Below are positions 21,010 through 32,424 of a stretch of 64,000 nucleotides of DNA, piece after piece. This DNA is from Planctomycetota bacterium. GTDB lineage: Bacteria > Planctomycetota > UBA1135 > UBA2386. The stretch lies in NCBI GenBank assembly GCA_046290465.1, contig JBKAGP010000001.1, forward strand, positions 3,328,001-3,392,000, given 5' to 3'. Position 1 is the stretch's first letter. Every line of letters starts with the position of its first letter. A program made the translations under genes and the position numbers. The notes below the pieces were generated by a model. It worked only from the letters and a program-made list of their open reading frames with translations, did not search any database and was not told where the DNA came from.

Positions 21010-22394
21010 TGCGCCCGCTGCTGGCGCTGTGTGCGCTGACGTTGGCCGTCGCCCCGACCGCCGCGCAGCGCCCGAACGTCATCCTGGTGATGGCCGACGA
21101 CCTCGGCTGGGGCGACCTCTCCGTGCAGGGCCACCCGGACCTGCACACGCCGCACCTCGATCGCATGGCCGCCGACGGCGTGCGGTTCACGCGCTTCCAC
21201 GCCGCGGCGCCGGTGTGCTCACCGACGCGCGCCTCGTGCCTGACCGGTCGCCACCCGTATCGCGCCGACATCCCTGGCGCTAACAGCGGCCACCTGCGCG
21301 AGGACGAACGCACGCTGCAGACGCTGCTGCGGGACGCGGGCTATCGCACCGGCCACTTCGGCAAGTGGCACCTCGGCACGCTGACCAGGACCGTGGTCGA
21401 GTCGAACCGCGGTGGTCCGCGCGGCATCGCGCACTTCGCGCCGCCGTGGCAGCGAGGCTTCGACACGTGCTTCTCGACCGAGGCCAAGGTGCCGACGTTC
21501 GATCCGATGAAGCACCCCGGCACCGGCAAGCCCTACGGAACGCACTACTGGGACGAGACCGGTGCGATGGTGCGCAACGGACTCGACGGGGACGACTCGC
21601 GCGTGATCATGGACCGCGCCGTGCCGTTCGTGCGCCGCTGCGCCGCAGCGGAGCAGCCGTTCTTGTGCGTGATCTGGTTCCACGCGCCACACCTGCCGTG
21701 TGTCGCGAGTCCCGCCGATCGCGCCCGCTACGCAACATTCGACGTGGCGACGCAACACTACTACGGCTGCATCACGGCGCTCGATCGCCAGGTCGGTCGG
21801 CTGCGGCAGGCGCTCGTCGAAGCGGGCATCGCCGACGACACGCTGCTCTGGTTCTGTTCGGACAACGGCCCCGAGGGCAAGGCCGGCAAGGCACCGGGCT
21901 CGGCGGCCGACCTGCGTGGCCGCAAGCGCAGCCTCTACGAGGGCGGCACGCGCGTGCCCGGGATCGCGGTCTGGCCCGGCCACCTGCAGGCCGGCGCGGT
22001 CGTCGACACGCTGGCGTGCACCAGCGACTACCTGCCGACGATCGCCGGCTGGCTGCAGCTGCCGCTCGACCATGCTCGCACGCTGGACGGGATCGACCTC
22101 GGCCCGGCGCTCGCCGCCGCCGCGCGCGGCGAGAGCGCACCGCGCGGCCGGCCGATCGGGTTCGAGTCGGCGCGCATGGCGACGTGGACGGACGACCGCT
22201 TCAAGCTGGTCGCGCACCTTGCACGCCGCGGCAAGGACCGCCGGCAGCCGCCCGGGATCCAGCGCGTCGAGCTGTTCGACCTGCGCGACGACCCCGCGGA
22301 GCGGACCGACGTCGCCGAACGCCACGCCGACCGCGTCGCGGAGATGCGCACGCAGCTGCAGGAATGGCGGGCCGCGATCCGACAGCGGCCTTGA
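21009..22394 (+). CDS. Sulfatase
   Basis: PNVILVMADDLG, CSPTR, GKWHLG, SDNGP. ATG overlaps the upstream stop. Confidence 0.92.
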   Translation: MRPLLALCALTLAVAPTAAQRPNVILVMADDLGWGDLSVQGHPDLHTPHLDRMAADGVRFTRFHAAAPVCSPTRASCLTGRHPYRADIPGANSGHLREDERTLQTLLRDAGYRTGHFGKWHLGTLTRTVVESNRGGPRGIAHFAPPWQRGFDTCFSTEAKVPTFDPMKHPGTGKPYGTHYWDETGAMVRNGLDGDDSRVIMDRAVPFVRRCAAAEQPFLCVIWFHAPHLPCVASPADRARYATFDVATQHYYGCITALDRQVGRLRQALVEAGIADDTLLWFCSDNGPEGKAGKAPGSAADLRGRKRSLYEGGTRVPGIAVWPGHLQAGAVVDTLACTSDYLPTIAGWLQLPLDHARTLDGIDLGPALAAAARGESAPRGRPIGFESARMATWTDDRFKLVAHLARRGKDRRQPPGIQRVELFDLRDDPAERTDVAERHADRVAEMRTQLQEWRAAIRQRP

Positions 22395-22426
22395 TTGCGT
22401 CGCACGAGGTGCTACTCCGGGACCCC

Positions 22427-22777
22427 ATGCCGAAGAAGATCGACTGGTACTATCACCGCAAGGGTTGAACGAGCTGCAAGCGCTCCGACGCCTTCCTCGA
22501 GGAAGCCGGAGCCACCGTCCGTGAGACGGTCAACGCCAGCAAGGAACGGTTCGGCCCGGACGACATCGGCGCGCTGTTCGAGGGCGCCAGCAAGATCGTC
22601 GTCGCCAAGGGCAAGAAGGTGCTGACGTTCAAGCCGGGCAGCGACGACTTCGACGAGGACGAGCTGCGCAAGGTCGCGATCGGTCCGTCGGGGAACCTGC
22701 GCGCACCGACCCTGCGCACCGGCAAGACCTGGCACGTCGGCTTCAGCGACGACGCGTTCGCGGTCTCGTTCGCTTGA
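22427..22777 (+). CDS. ArsC/Spx-like thioredoxin-fold selenoprotein (UxxC), 116 aa with TGA 22466-22468 read as Sec
   Basis: MPKKIDWYYHRKG-TGA-TSCKRS...GPSGNLRAPT...VGF; coding bias continues past the TGA; hairpin at 22482-22512. Confidence 0.85.
22482..22512 (+). promoter_or_regulatory. Putative bacterial SECIS hairpin
   Basis: GCTCCG/CGGAGC lower stem, CTTCC-TCGA-GGAAG upper stem-loop, starting 13 nt after the TGA. Confidence 0.65.
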
Positions 22778-22832
22778 GGCGCGGCCCTGGAGGAACGGGC
22801 GCGCGACTCCCGCCGCGCCCGGCGTCCCTAAC

Positions 22833-22909
22833 GGGCAAAGCCCCGTCCGCACGCGTACACGCCGCTTCCGCGATCACGGTTGGCAGCGCGTCCACTACAT
22901 GGACGCGCT
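22833..22909. repeat. 77-bp dispersed REP/MITE-like element, copy 2
   Basis: Two mismatches against copy 1; flanks CTAA and TTAG. Confidence 0.9.
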
Positions 22910-22910
22910 C

Positions 22911-23699
22911 TTAGCGCAGCCCCATGCCGATCGACAGCTTGACCGGCAGCTTGACCGTCTCCATCTTGGCGTAGGACGTGATCCGCACCGTCACTTCGCC
23001 GAGCTTCTTGGGCAGGCCGAAGCTCTTCGTGTAGGTCTTCTTGCCGCCGAAGCCGAACGAGCCCTCGCCCATCGGCTGGACCTCGATCTCGTCGCCCTTC
23101 GCGTCGACGAACACGACCGACTTGATCGCGTCCATCCGCTGCTCGCTGGACAGCTGCACGTTCAGCGCGCTGCCGCCGAAGCTCGACTTCTCGACGCTGC
23201 CGAGCGTCATCGGCACCGGACCGCAGGTGACCTTGGCGCCCTTCTCGAGCTTGACCTTCTGCTCGTTGGTGACGCTGCCGGACGCCGAGATCAACGCGAC
23301 CTCGGCCTCCAGCTCGAGCCTGCCGGCGCCCGCCGCGGGCAGCGTGTTGGTCTTGACGTCGAGCAGGCAGGTATCGGTCGGTTCGTCGCGGAACGCGTTG
23401 CTCAGCGAGATCCAGCTGAAGAAGCCGGTCGGAGCACCCTTCGCAAGGTCGGTGCCCTGGTCGTCGACCAGCCGCACCAGCCGGCTCTTGTCGCCGTCGA
23501 CCGCGAGGATCGGCTTGCCGGGGACCCGCGCCGCGAGCTGCAGTTCGACGCCCGGCTCGCCGAACATCTTGACGCCGTCGATCGTCGGCTTGGCCCGCAC
23601 GGTCAGCTGCACGGCTTCGACCGTCGTCGAGGACGTCTGCGCGACGCCGACCTGCGCGAGGAACAGCGCGATCCCCGCGCCCACGATGGTGCATCTCAT
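22911..23699 (-). CDS. Secreted hypothetical protein
   Basis: Signal-like N-terminus MRCTIVGAGIALFLAQVGVAQ, Lys-rich with beta-strand-like pattern, strong GC3 bias. Confidence 0.75.
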   Translation of the reverse strand: MRCTIVGAGIALFLAQVGVAQTSSTTVEAVQLTVRAKPTIDGVKMFGEPGVELQLAARVPGKPILAVDGDKSRLVRLVDDQGTDLAKGAPTGFFSWISLSNAFRDEPTDTCLLDVKTNTLPAAGAGRLELEAEVALISASGSVTNEQKVKLEKGAKVTCGPVPMTLGSVEKSSFGGSALNVQLSSEQRMDAIKSVVFVDAKGDEIEVQPMGEGSFGFGGKKTYTKSFGLPKKLGEVTVRITSYAKMETVKLPVKLSIGMGLR

Positions 23700-23724
23700 C
23701 GCCGGATCGTAGCCTGTCGCCGTC

Positions 23725-24486
23725 ATGCACAGAACGCTCCGACCGCTCTCGCTCGTCGCCGTGCTCGGCGCGGCGCTCTCCCCGCTGTGGCTGCAAGGCA
23801 CCCCGCTGCAGAAGGCCTACGTCGACGGCGCCGGCTGGCGGCAACTGACGCTCGCGGACTTCGTCAACGTCAACGGCAACGCCGATACCTGGTCGGAAGC
23901 GGACGGCGTGATCACGTGCTCGGGCAAGCCCAACGGCGGCGCCCGCACCAAGACGCAGTTCACCAACTTCGAGATGGTTGCGGAGTGGAAGCACCACCAG
24001 TACGCCGGCAACTCGGGCATCTTCCTGTGGTGCCCCGAGTCGGCGTTCACCGACCTGCCCAAGGGAACGCTGCCGCGGCAGGGCATCGAGGTGCAGGTGC
24101 TCGACCTCGGCTACGAGGAGAACTGGCTGAAGAACAAGAAGAAGCGCTCGGACTGGTTCACCAGCCACGGCGACGTGTTTCCGGTCGGCGGTTCGAAGAT
24201 GACCGCGTTCACGCCCGAGATCACCTACCAGGACGAGCACGGCAAGCCGTTCACGGTCGGCAACCCGAAGAGCACGCGCAGCTTTCCGACGATGCGGCTG
24301 ACGAAGCCCGCGGGCGAGTGGAACCACTACTACATCCGCGCGATCAACGGCGAGGTGCGCCTGTGGGTCAACGGCCGGGAGGTCACCGGCGGCAAGGACT
24401 GCTCACCGGCGACCGGCTACCTGGCGCTCGAGAGCGAGGGCGCGAAGGTCGAGTTCCGCAACCTGCGCATCCGCGAGCTGCCGTAG
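23725..24486 (+). CDS. DUF1080 (3-keto-disaccharide hydrolase-like) protein
   Basis: GNSGIF, IEVQVLD, GEWNHY, GYLALESEGAKVEFRNLRIREL. Confidence 0.9.
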   Translation: MHRTLRPLSLVAVLGAALSPLWLQGTPLQKAYVDGAGWRQLTLADFVNVNGNADTWSEADGVITCSGKPNGGARTKTQFTNFEMVAEWKHHQYAGNSGIFLWCPESAFTDLPKGTLPRQGIEVQVLDLGYEENWLKNKKKRSDWFTSHGDVFPVGGSKMTAFTPEITYQDEHGKPFTVGNPKSTRSFPTMRLTKPAGEWNHYYIRAINGEVRLWVNGREVTGGKDCSPATGYLALESEGAKVEFRNLRIRELP

Positions 24487-24487
24487 C

Positions 24488-25846
24488 TCAGCCCTGTCCG
24501 GGCTCGCCGGCCGAGCACGCCGACGGCGCTCCCGCCGAGCACGCCGAGGCCGGCCCGCCAGCGGCCTCCGGAGCCGCGCGGTTCCACGGCGCCTTGGCGA
24601 GCAGCAGGCCCATGCCGCACCAGTCGGTGATGCCGGCGAACGTCAGGCCGGCGCCGACGAACGCGCTGAGCCCGAAGAAGCCCCGGTGCACGAAGAAGCC
24701 GAGCAGCACGCCGGTCAGGACCAGCAGGCCCGCGGCGATGCGCACCTGGCGCTCGAGCGACATCACGGCCTTGCCCTTCCTGGTCTCGCCGCCCGCGGAC
24801 CGGAACGCCTCGATGCCGCCCTCGATCACGGTCAGGCCGCGCACGTGGTTCTTCTGCAGCAGCTGCCGCGCCATCTCGGCGCGCGCGCCGCTGCGGCACA
24901 TCAGCAGCCGCGGCGCCGGCGTCGCGCGGATCTCGTCGAGACGCTGCTGCAGCTGATCCATCGGCACCAACCGCGAGCCCGCGACGCTCTCGCCGGCGAA
25001 CTCGACGCCGGTGCGCACGTCGATCACGCTGGTCGCGGCGCCGTTGCGCACCAGCGCGGCGGCCTCGACCGCCGGGATCGAGTCGGGGATGTCGACCCCT
25101 TCGCGGTTGAGCCGCAGCAGGTCGTCCATGTTGGCGGGTCGCGGCGGCTTGTTGGCGGTCAGCTCCCGTACGAACGTGTCGCGATCGGTCATGCGCAGCC
25201 ACGGGTTGTCGCGACGTTCGTCGCCGAGCGTCGACTGCATGCGGCCAGCGTAGTCGTGTCCAGGGAACACCAACGTCTCGTCCGGCAGCTCGTCGAAGAC
25301 GCGGCGCAGTGAGTCGAACAGCTGACCGGCGTCGCCGCCGAGGAAGTCGGTGCGGGCGACCGCGCCGATCAGCAGCGTGTCGCCGGAGAACACCGCGGCG
25401 TCGGTGCGCAGCACGATGTGGTCGGGCGTGTGCCCGGGCGCGTGCAGCACGATGACCGGCACGTCCCCCAGGTGCAGCGCATCGCCGTCCGCGGGATGCC
25501 GGCTGACGCCGACGTGGCCGGACTTCTCGTGGGCGATGCGGGTGCTGCCGAGCCGTTCGGCGATCGCGGCCGAACCCGACGGGTGGTCGGCGTGGGTGTG
25601 GCTGTCGACGACGTAGGGCAGCGTCCAACCGCGCTCCGCAACCCTGGCGGCGACGTCCTCGACCAGGTCGAGGTGGACGTCCAATGCCAACGCCTGCTTG
25701 CTGACCGGATCCGCCAGCAGGTAGGCCCGGCAGCCTTGCGGGTGGGCGACGGCGAGGACGGTGAGCTTGCCGACGGTGCGGTCGGCAGACGGATCGGCTT
25801 GCAGAGAGGTCATGGCGTTGGTTCGGGTGGCGTCTACGACCGCCAT
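24488..25846 (-). CDS. MBL-fold persulfide dioxygenase-like + rhodanese + DUF2892 (YgaP-like) fusion
   Basis: SHTHADH, PGHT, FSGDTLLI, RTDF, PGHDY; rhodanese IDVR...E and CRSGAR; LERQVRIAAG...GITDWCGM. Start could be 25813. Confidence 0.88.
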   Translation of the reverse strand: MAVVDATRTNAMTSLQADPSADRTVGKLTVLAVAHPQGCRAYLLADPVSKQALALDVHLDLVEDVAARVAERGWTLPYVVDSHTHADHPSGSAAIAERLGSTRIAHEKSGHVGVSRHPADGDALHLGDVPVIVLHAPGHTPDHIVLRTDAAVFSGDTLLIGAVARTDFLGGDAGQLFDSLRRVFDELPDETLVFPGHDYAGRMQSTLGDERRDNPWLRMTDRDTFVRELTANKPPRPANMDDLLRLNREGVDIPDSIPAVEAAALVRNGAATSVIDVRTGVEFAGESVAGSRLVPMDQLQQRLDEIRATPAPRLLMCRSGARAEMARQLLQKNHVRGLTVIEGGIEAFRSAGGETRKGKAVMSLERQVRIAAGLLVLTGVLLGFFVHRGFFGLSAFVGAGLTFAGITDWCGMGLLLAKAPWNRAAPEAAGGPASACSAGAPSACSAGEPGQG

Positions 25847-25848
25847 CC

Positions 25849-25880
25849 TTGAAAGTATGATCGTTCGCTCATATTTTCAA
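25849..25880. promoter_or_regulatory. Palindromic operator (12-8-12) in the divergent promoter, likely ArsR-family binding site
   Basis: TTGAAAGTATGA-N8-TCATATTTTCAA, one mismatch, AT-rich, fills most of the 40-bp intergenic gap. Confidence 0.75.
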
Positions 25881-25886
25881 ACGCAG

Positions 25887-26240
25887 ATGCCCACCGCCCG
25901 AAGACCTCGCCGGCATGCGCCGCTGTCCGAAGCCCAGCTCGACGCGGTGGCACGGCGGTTCCGGGCCCTCTCGGTGCCCAGCCGCCTGCGCGTGCTCGAC
26001 GCGCTGATGAACGGTCCGCTGTCGATGGCCGAGCTCGCCGACGCGACCGGCTTGCAGCAGTCCAACCTGTCGCGCCAGGTCACCGAACTCGAGCAGGCCG
26101 GCTGCGTCGTTCGCGAACGCGACGGCCGCGAGGTGCACGTGCACATCGCCGACCCGACCCTTCGCCAGCTGTGCGAGCTGGTCTGCGGTTCGCTCGCGCG
26201 ACAGGCCACGACCAACCACCAGGCCCTCAGGCGGCGGTAG
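25887..26240 (+). CDS. ArsR/SmtB family transcriptional repressor
   Basis: FRALSVPSRLRVL, ELADATGLQQSNLSRQV (HTH), C-terminal LCELVC. Confidence 0.9.
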   Translation: MPTARRPRRHAPLSEAQLDAVARRFRALSVPSRLRVLDALMNGPLSMAELADATGLQQSNLSRQVTELEQAGCVVRERDGREVHVHIADPTLRQLCELVCGSLARQATTNHQALRRR

Positions 26241-26288
26241 GTTCGGCGAAAGTTGGAGGATGAACCAGGTACCGTACGGCAACTCTGG

Positions 26289-26813
26289 TCAGGGGCGGCG
26301 GGGTAGGTTCATGATCTTGCGGTAGCGTGCCTGTACGGACTTGGCAGGATCCTCGGCGGCGGCTTCGAGCACCTCTCGTGCGGCGGGCTCGGCTGCACCG
26401 AAGCGCTGCGCGAGCTCGTAGAGCGCGTCCATCGCCCACGCCCGCAAGAACGGCAGCTCGCCCGCGTAGCAGCGCCGCAAGAAGGCGCAACTGGCCTCGA
26501 CCTGCGCCGTCGACAGCTTCAGGCCGGGCAGGCAGCGCGCGACGTGCAGCATCACCCACTTGTCCTGCATCGCGGGCAGCCGCTGCACGAGCGCCTCGAC
26601 CTGCTTGTCGGCGCACGTCGCCCCTCGGCCGAGCCACGTCCACAGCAACCACGTCGCACCCTGGGCGATGGTCACGTCCTCGTGAACGGACAGCGTGACG
26701 GCCTGGCGCAGCATGGCGGCCTTCGGTTCGCAGGCCGCCGCGATTTCCTTGAGCACGTCTGCGTGCCTGCCGTCGTAGGCCGCCAGCTCCTCCAACAGCG
26801 AGACCCGCCCCAT
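26289..26813 (-). CDS. Hypothetical alpha-helical (HEAT-like) protein
   Basis: [15 protein letters not shown] and SVQARYRK; resembles helical-repeat proteins; family not firmly recognised. Confidence 0.6.
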   Translation of the reverse strand: MGRVSLLEELAAYDGRHADVLKEIAAACEPKAAMLRQAVTLSVHEDVTIAQGATWLLWTWLGRGATCADKQVEALVQRLPAMQDKWVMLHVARCLPGLKLSTAQVEASCAFLRRCYAGELPFLRAWAMDALYELAQRFGAAEPAAREVLEAAAEDPAKSVQARYRKIMNLPRRP

Positions 26814-26826
26814 CACCGCTTTGCCA

Positions 26827-28464
26827 TCAGCCTCTGGTCGGGTCGAGCATCCAGTAGAAGCCCGCCGAGTCGACGAACACGAGGCGGTCGCGATACCGCT
26901 CGTACCACGTGGCCCACGTCGTAGCCTTCCGGTCGGGGTAGATGTCCGGATGCACGTAGCGCCGCAGGCAGCGGCGGGCGCGCGCCCGATCCTCCTCGGA
27001 GCCCTCGAGGGTGTCGTCGAACCTCATCCACTTCTCCAGGCTCGCGCGTGCGTTGTTCGGCGTGCCCAGCTCCATCGCGTCGACGTCGACCTCGAACACC
27101 GTCTTGTAGCGGCCGCTCTGGTGCCGCTCGCCGCGACCGCTGAACACGAACGGCTGGTACTTCGCCACCCACCGCTCGGCACCTTCGAAGCTCGGCGTGT
27201 AGGTCTTGCGCCACTCCTCCGTCAGCTGGTTGGGGAAGTGCTCTTCGACGCCGCGCTGGTAGCCCTTGTCCTTGCCGAGCACGGTGTAGACCCACAGGAT
27301 CTTGCGCGTCTTGCACACGAACGGCACCGTCGGCTCGCCCCGGCGACCGCGCATGTAGTGCAGCACGTTGGCGAGCGTGTCCTTGGCGCCATCGGTCATC
27401 TGCTGCGGATCCACCGAGTAGCCCCAGTAGAAGTAACGACCCTGGCGGGCGAGCGACAGGCTGCCGAGCATCTTGGCCGAGTTGCCTTCGGCGAGGTTCT
27501 CGAAGCCCGGCACGTCGGTGAAGAAGCCCTCATGGCTGACGAGCGTCGGGTTCCAGCCGGCCGGCTTTTCGTTCTCGAACCTGGCGAGCCGGTACTTCGC
27601 CGGCACGCCCTCGGGGTGCAGCGGCGAGGTCTCCCCCGCCGCATAGTGCGCCGGTCGATCGCGTTCGATCCACTCGAACGTGACGGGGTTCGGCTTCTGG
27701 AAGATCGCGTGTTGCAGGGCCAGCCCGTGGCCCAGGTGGTCCATGCAGATTCAGATGTAGCCCGACGTCATCGCGACGCCGTGCCGCTCGATCAGCTCGG
27801 TCCCGAAGAACCCGACCGCGACGATCGGCGTGTCGGTGCGCGGAAAGGCGCGAACGTGCTGCATGACCTTGGCGGTCTCGCGGAAGCGCTTCGAATCGCA
27901 CAGCACGACCTGGTGGCGGTCACACAGCGCGACGGTCACCTCGGGATAGGTCGTCACCGAGACGTCGAAGCCGCGCGCCGCCAGGAACCGCTCGAGCCGC
28001 GTCGAGCGATCGTCGCGCGCCCCCGAGACCAGCAGCACCGAGAACGCGCCCGGCCGTGCGGACAACTCGATCTGCTCGGGTGCGTGGCACTGCAGCTCGT
28101 CGCAGACCTGCAGCCAAAGGGTCGCGCGCAGCTCGCCACCGTCGCCCTTGGCGCGGATCGGCAGCCGCCAGACCGCGAAACCCTCGGCCTCGCCGTCGTC
28201 GCTCGCCGGCGGCACCAGCGGCCCGGTCGCCTCGAAGCCGCAGCCGGGGTCGAGCTCGACGCTGACCGGCCCGCCGCCGCCGACGTCCCGGGTGTAGGCG
28301 TGGTAGCCGTCGGCGATCGTCAGCTCGAGCCGAAGCTCGGTCGCGGTCGCGGCGCCGGCGACCTCGCAGTCCTGGGCGTGCGGCTCGGAGACCTTCAGCG
28401 GCACCTGTGCCAGCAGCGACGCGCCGGCGAACAGCAGCCACAACAGTGCGGGCAGGCGGAACAT
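26827..28464 (-). CDS. Putative exported selenoprotein: DsbD-N-like domain + UxC domain, 545 aa with TGA 27753-27751 read as Sec
   Basis: ORFs 27751-28464 and 26827-27744 are in the same frame, joined as SGYI-TGA-IC-MDH. Signal peptide, GYHAY and [11 protein letters not shown], downstream hairpin. Confidence 0.75.
27717..27733 (-). promoter_or_regulatory. Putative bacterial SECIS hairpin
   Basis: Minus strand GGGCCA-CGGGC-TGGCCC beginning 17 nt after the TGA, with a G-containing loop. Confidence 0.55.
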
Positions 28465-28576
28465 GGCAGCGAACGATACCGCGGCGCCCGTTCGTGGCGG
28501 GAATGCGCCCGCGGATCTGCTAACGTGTTACGCCCGAAACCCACCCCAGAGCACCCGCGAGCCCGTTCCTGGCACC

Positions 28577-30799
<2,223 letters not shown>

Positions 30800-30812
30800 G
30801 CGCACCCCGCCC

Positions 30813-31976
30813 GTGCGCAGAGTTCCACAGGTCACGGCCGGCGTCGGCCTGGTCGCGCTGCTGGTCTTCACGATCCAGTCGGCGCGCAAGGCCCTGCGCG
30901 AGCAGGGCTGTGACCTGACCTGCTACCTCGACGCGGGCGCGCTGGCGCTGCGCGGCGAAACGCCGTACGACACCGCGGCCTACTTCGAGTACCTGTACTC
31001 GCCGTTCTTCGCACTCGCGATCAGCCCGCTGTCGCTGCTGCCGGTCGCGGTGGCCTCGGTGATCTGGAGCCTGCTTTCCGGCTGGGCGCTGTTCTTCACC
31101 GTGCGCACGGTGCGAGAACTCGCGGTCGCGCGCGGTCGCGCCTTCGACGGCCGCGACCTCGTCACGATCGCGCTGCTGGCGGCGATCGGCTTCCGCATCG
31201 TGCACGCCAACTTCGCCAACGGCCAGGTCAACCTGATCGTGCTCGGCCTGGCCGCCGCCTTCGTGCGGGCCGCGCTGCAGGGCAAGGACCGCACCGCCGC
31301 GGTCTGGCTGACGCTCGCGGTGCAGTTCAAGACGGTGCCGATCCTGCTGCTCGGCCTGCTGCTGGTCCGCGGCCGCTGGCGCGCGATCGCCTGGACCGCC
31401 GGCCTCGGCGCGATCACCAGCCTGCTGCCGTTCGTGGTATGGGGCAGCGACACCGTCGCGGTCTACCGGGACTGGTTCGCGATGATCGACTACAAGCTGC
31501 GCACCTACACGGTCGACATGGGCGCGTTCACGACCGACACCGAAGGCAACCGCGAGTACTTCACGGTGCGCGGCATGCTCGCCACGCTGTGGCCGGCGAC
31601 GTCGGCCAACCCGGTCGCCCGCCACGGCTGCATGGCGGCGGTGTTCGGCGCGACGCTGTGGCTCGACCGCAGGATGTGGACGCGCAAGCTGCCGCTGGCG
31701 ACCGTCGCAGCGTTCTGCCTGTGGCTGCTGGCGGCGCTGCTGACCTCGCCGATGTCGGAGAAGCACCACCTGGCGATGCTGCTGCCGGCCGCGGCGCTCG
31801 GCCTCTACGCGGCGATCGACGGCAGCCGGCGCCAGCGCATCGAGTCGTTCGCCTGGGCGGCGGTCGTGGCCACCGCGATGCTGCTGAGCAAGCCGTTCCC
31901 GCACGGCCCGTTCTTCTTCGTCGCCGTCGCGACGTCGTATGCGTGGGCGCTGCGCACCGCGGCTCAGCGCTTCTGA
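30813..31976 (+). CDS. Glycosyltransferase family 87 (DUF2029) membrane protein
   Basis: [32 protein letters not shown]; multiple TM segments. Confidence 0.82.
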   Translation: MRRVPQVTAGVGLVALLVFTIQSARKALREQGCDLTCYLDAGALALRGETPYDTAAYFEYLYSPFFALAISPLSLLPVAVASVIWSLLSGWALFFTVRTVRELAVARGRAFDGRDLVTIALLAAIGFRIVHANFANGQVNLIVLGLAAAFVRAALQGKDRTAAVWLTLAVQFKTVPILLLGLLLVRGRWRAIAWTAGLGAITSLLPFVVWGSDTVAVYRDWFAMIDYKLRTYTVDMGAFTTDTEGNREYFTVRGMLATLWPATSANPVARHGCMAAVFGATLWLDRRMWTRKLPLATVAAFCLWLLAALLTSPMSEKHHLAMLLPAAALGLYAAIDGSRRQRIESFAWAAVVATAMLLSKPFPHGPFFFVAVATSYAWALRTAAQRF

Positions 31977-32409
31977 ATCGTCAGCGTGTCGAACCGTCGG
32001 CCATCGAGGTCGTAGGCCTTCACCTTCAGCGTCTTGCCGTTGACGGCGACGTAGCTGCAGCAGCGCTGCGCGCGGCGAGCGCGCGGGCCTTCGCCTGGGC
32101 GCGCTCGACCGCGGCCTCGTCGCCTCGCAACACGGCTTCGATCAGCTCCCGCTGCAGCAGCTTGGCGTCCTGCGCCCAACGCTCGCGGGTGATGGCCACG
32201 ACCGGCTGTTCGGGTTCGACCCGCTGGCGCTGCGGCGGCTCGGCCACCAGCGCCATCGGCTGCGCCGCGACCGGCGCCGGCGCCGTGGCCGTGGCCGTTC
32301 GCGGGCCCGGATCCGGGTCCGGGCTCGGGCTGCTCCAGAAGAAGCCCGCAAGGCCGATCGCGGCCAGCAGCAGCGTGATGCGGATCAGGTTGGGGTCGCG
32401 CAGGTTCAT
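31964..32409 (-). pseudogene. Membrane-anchored N-terminus (32409 to about 32065) joined out of frame to a metallophosphoesterase-like C-terminal fragment
   Basis: N-terminal TM and Pro-rich linker. A second frame gives [30 protein letters not shown] with strong coding bias. Family resemblance is from memory. Confidence 0.45.
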
Positions 32410-32424
32410 CGGGTCCTCCTGCTG

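Noticed and set aside
22797..22822. GC-rich hairpin after the ArsC-like gene
   Set aside because: No T-tract and an imperfect stem; insufficient for a terminator call.
26229..26310. Short imperfect direct repeat GCGGCGG..TAGGTTC at both ends of the arsR downstream gap
   Set aside because: Short, imperfect and mostly within coding ends; I cannot distinguish it from chance or call it a target-site duplication.
26813..26829. Second TGA read-through from the UxC protein into the downstream gene
   Set aside because: The downstream gene is in a different frame and there is no Cys-type motif at this TGA.
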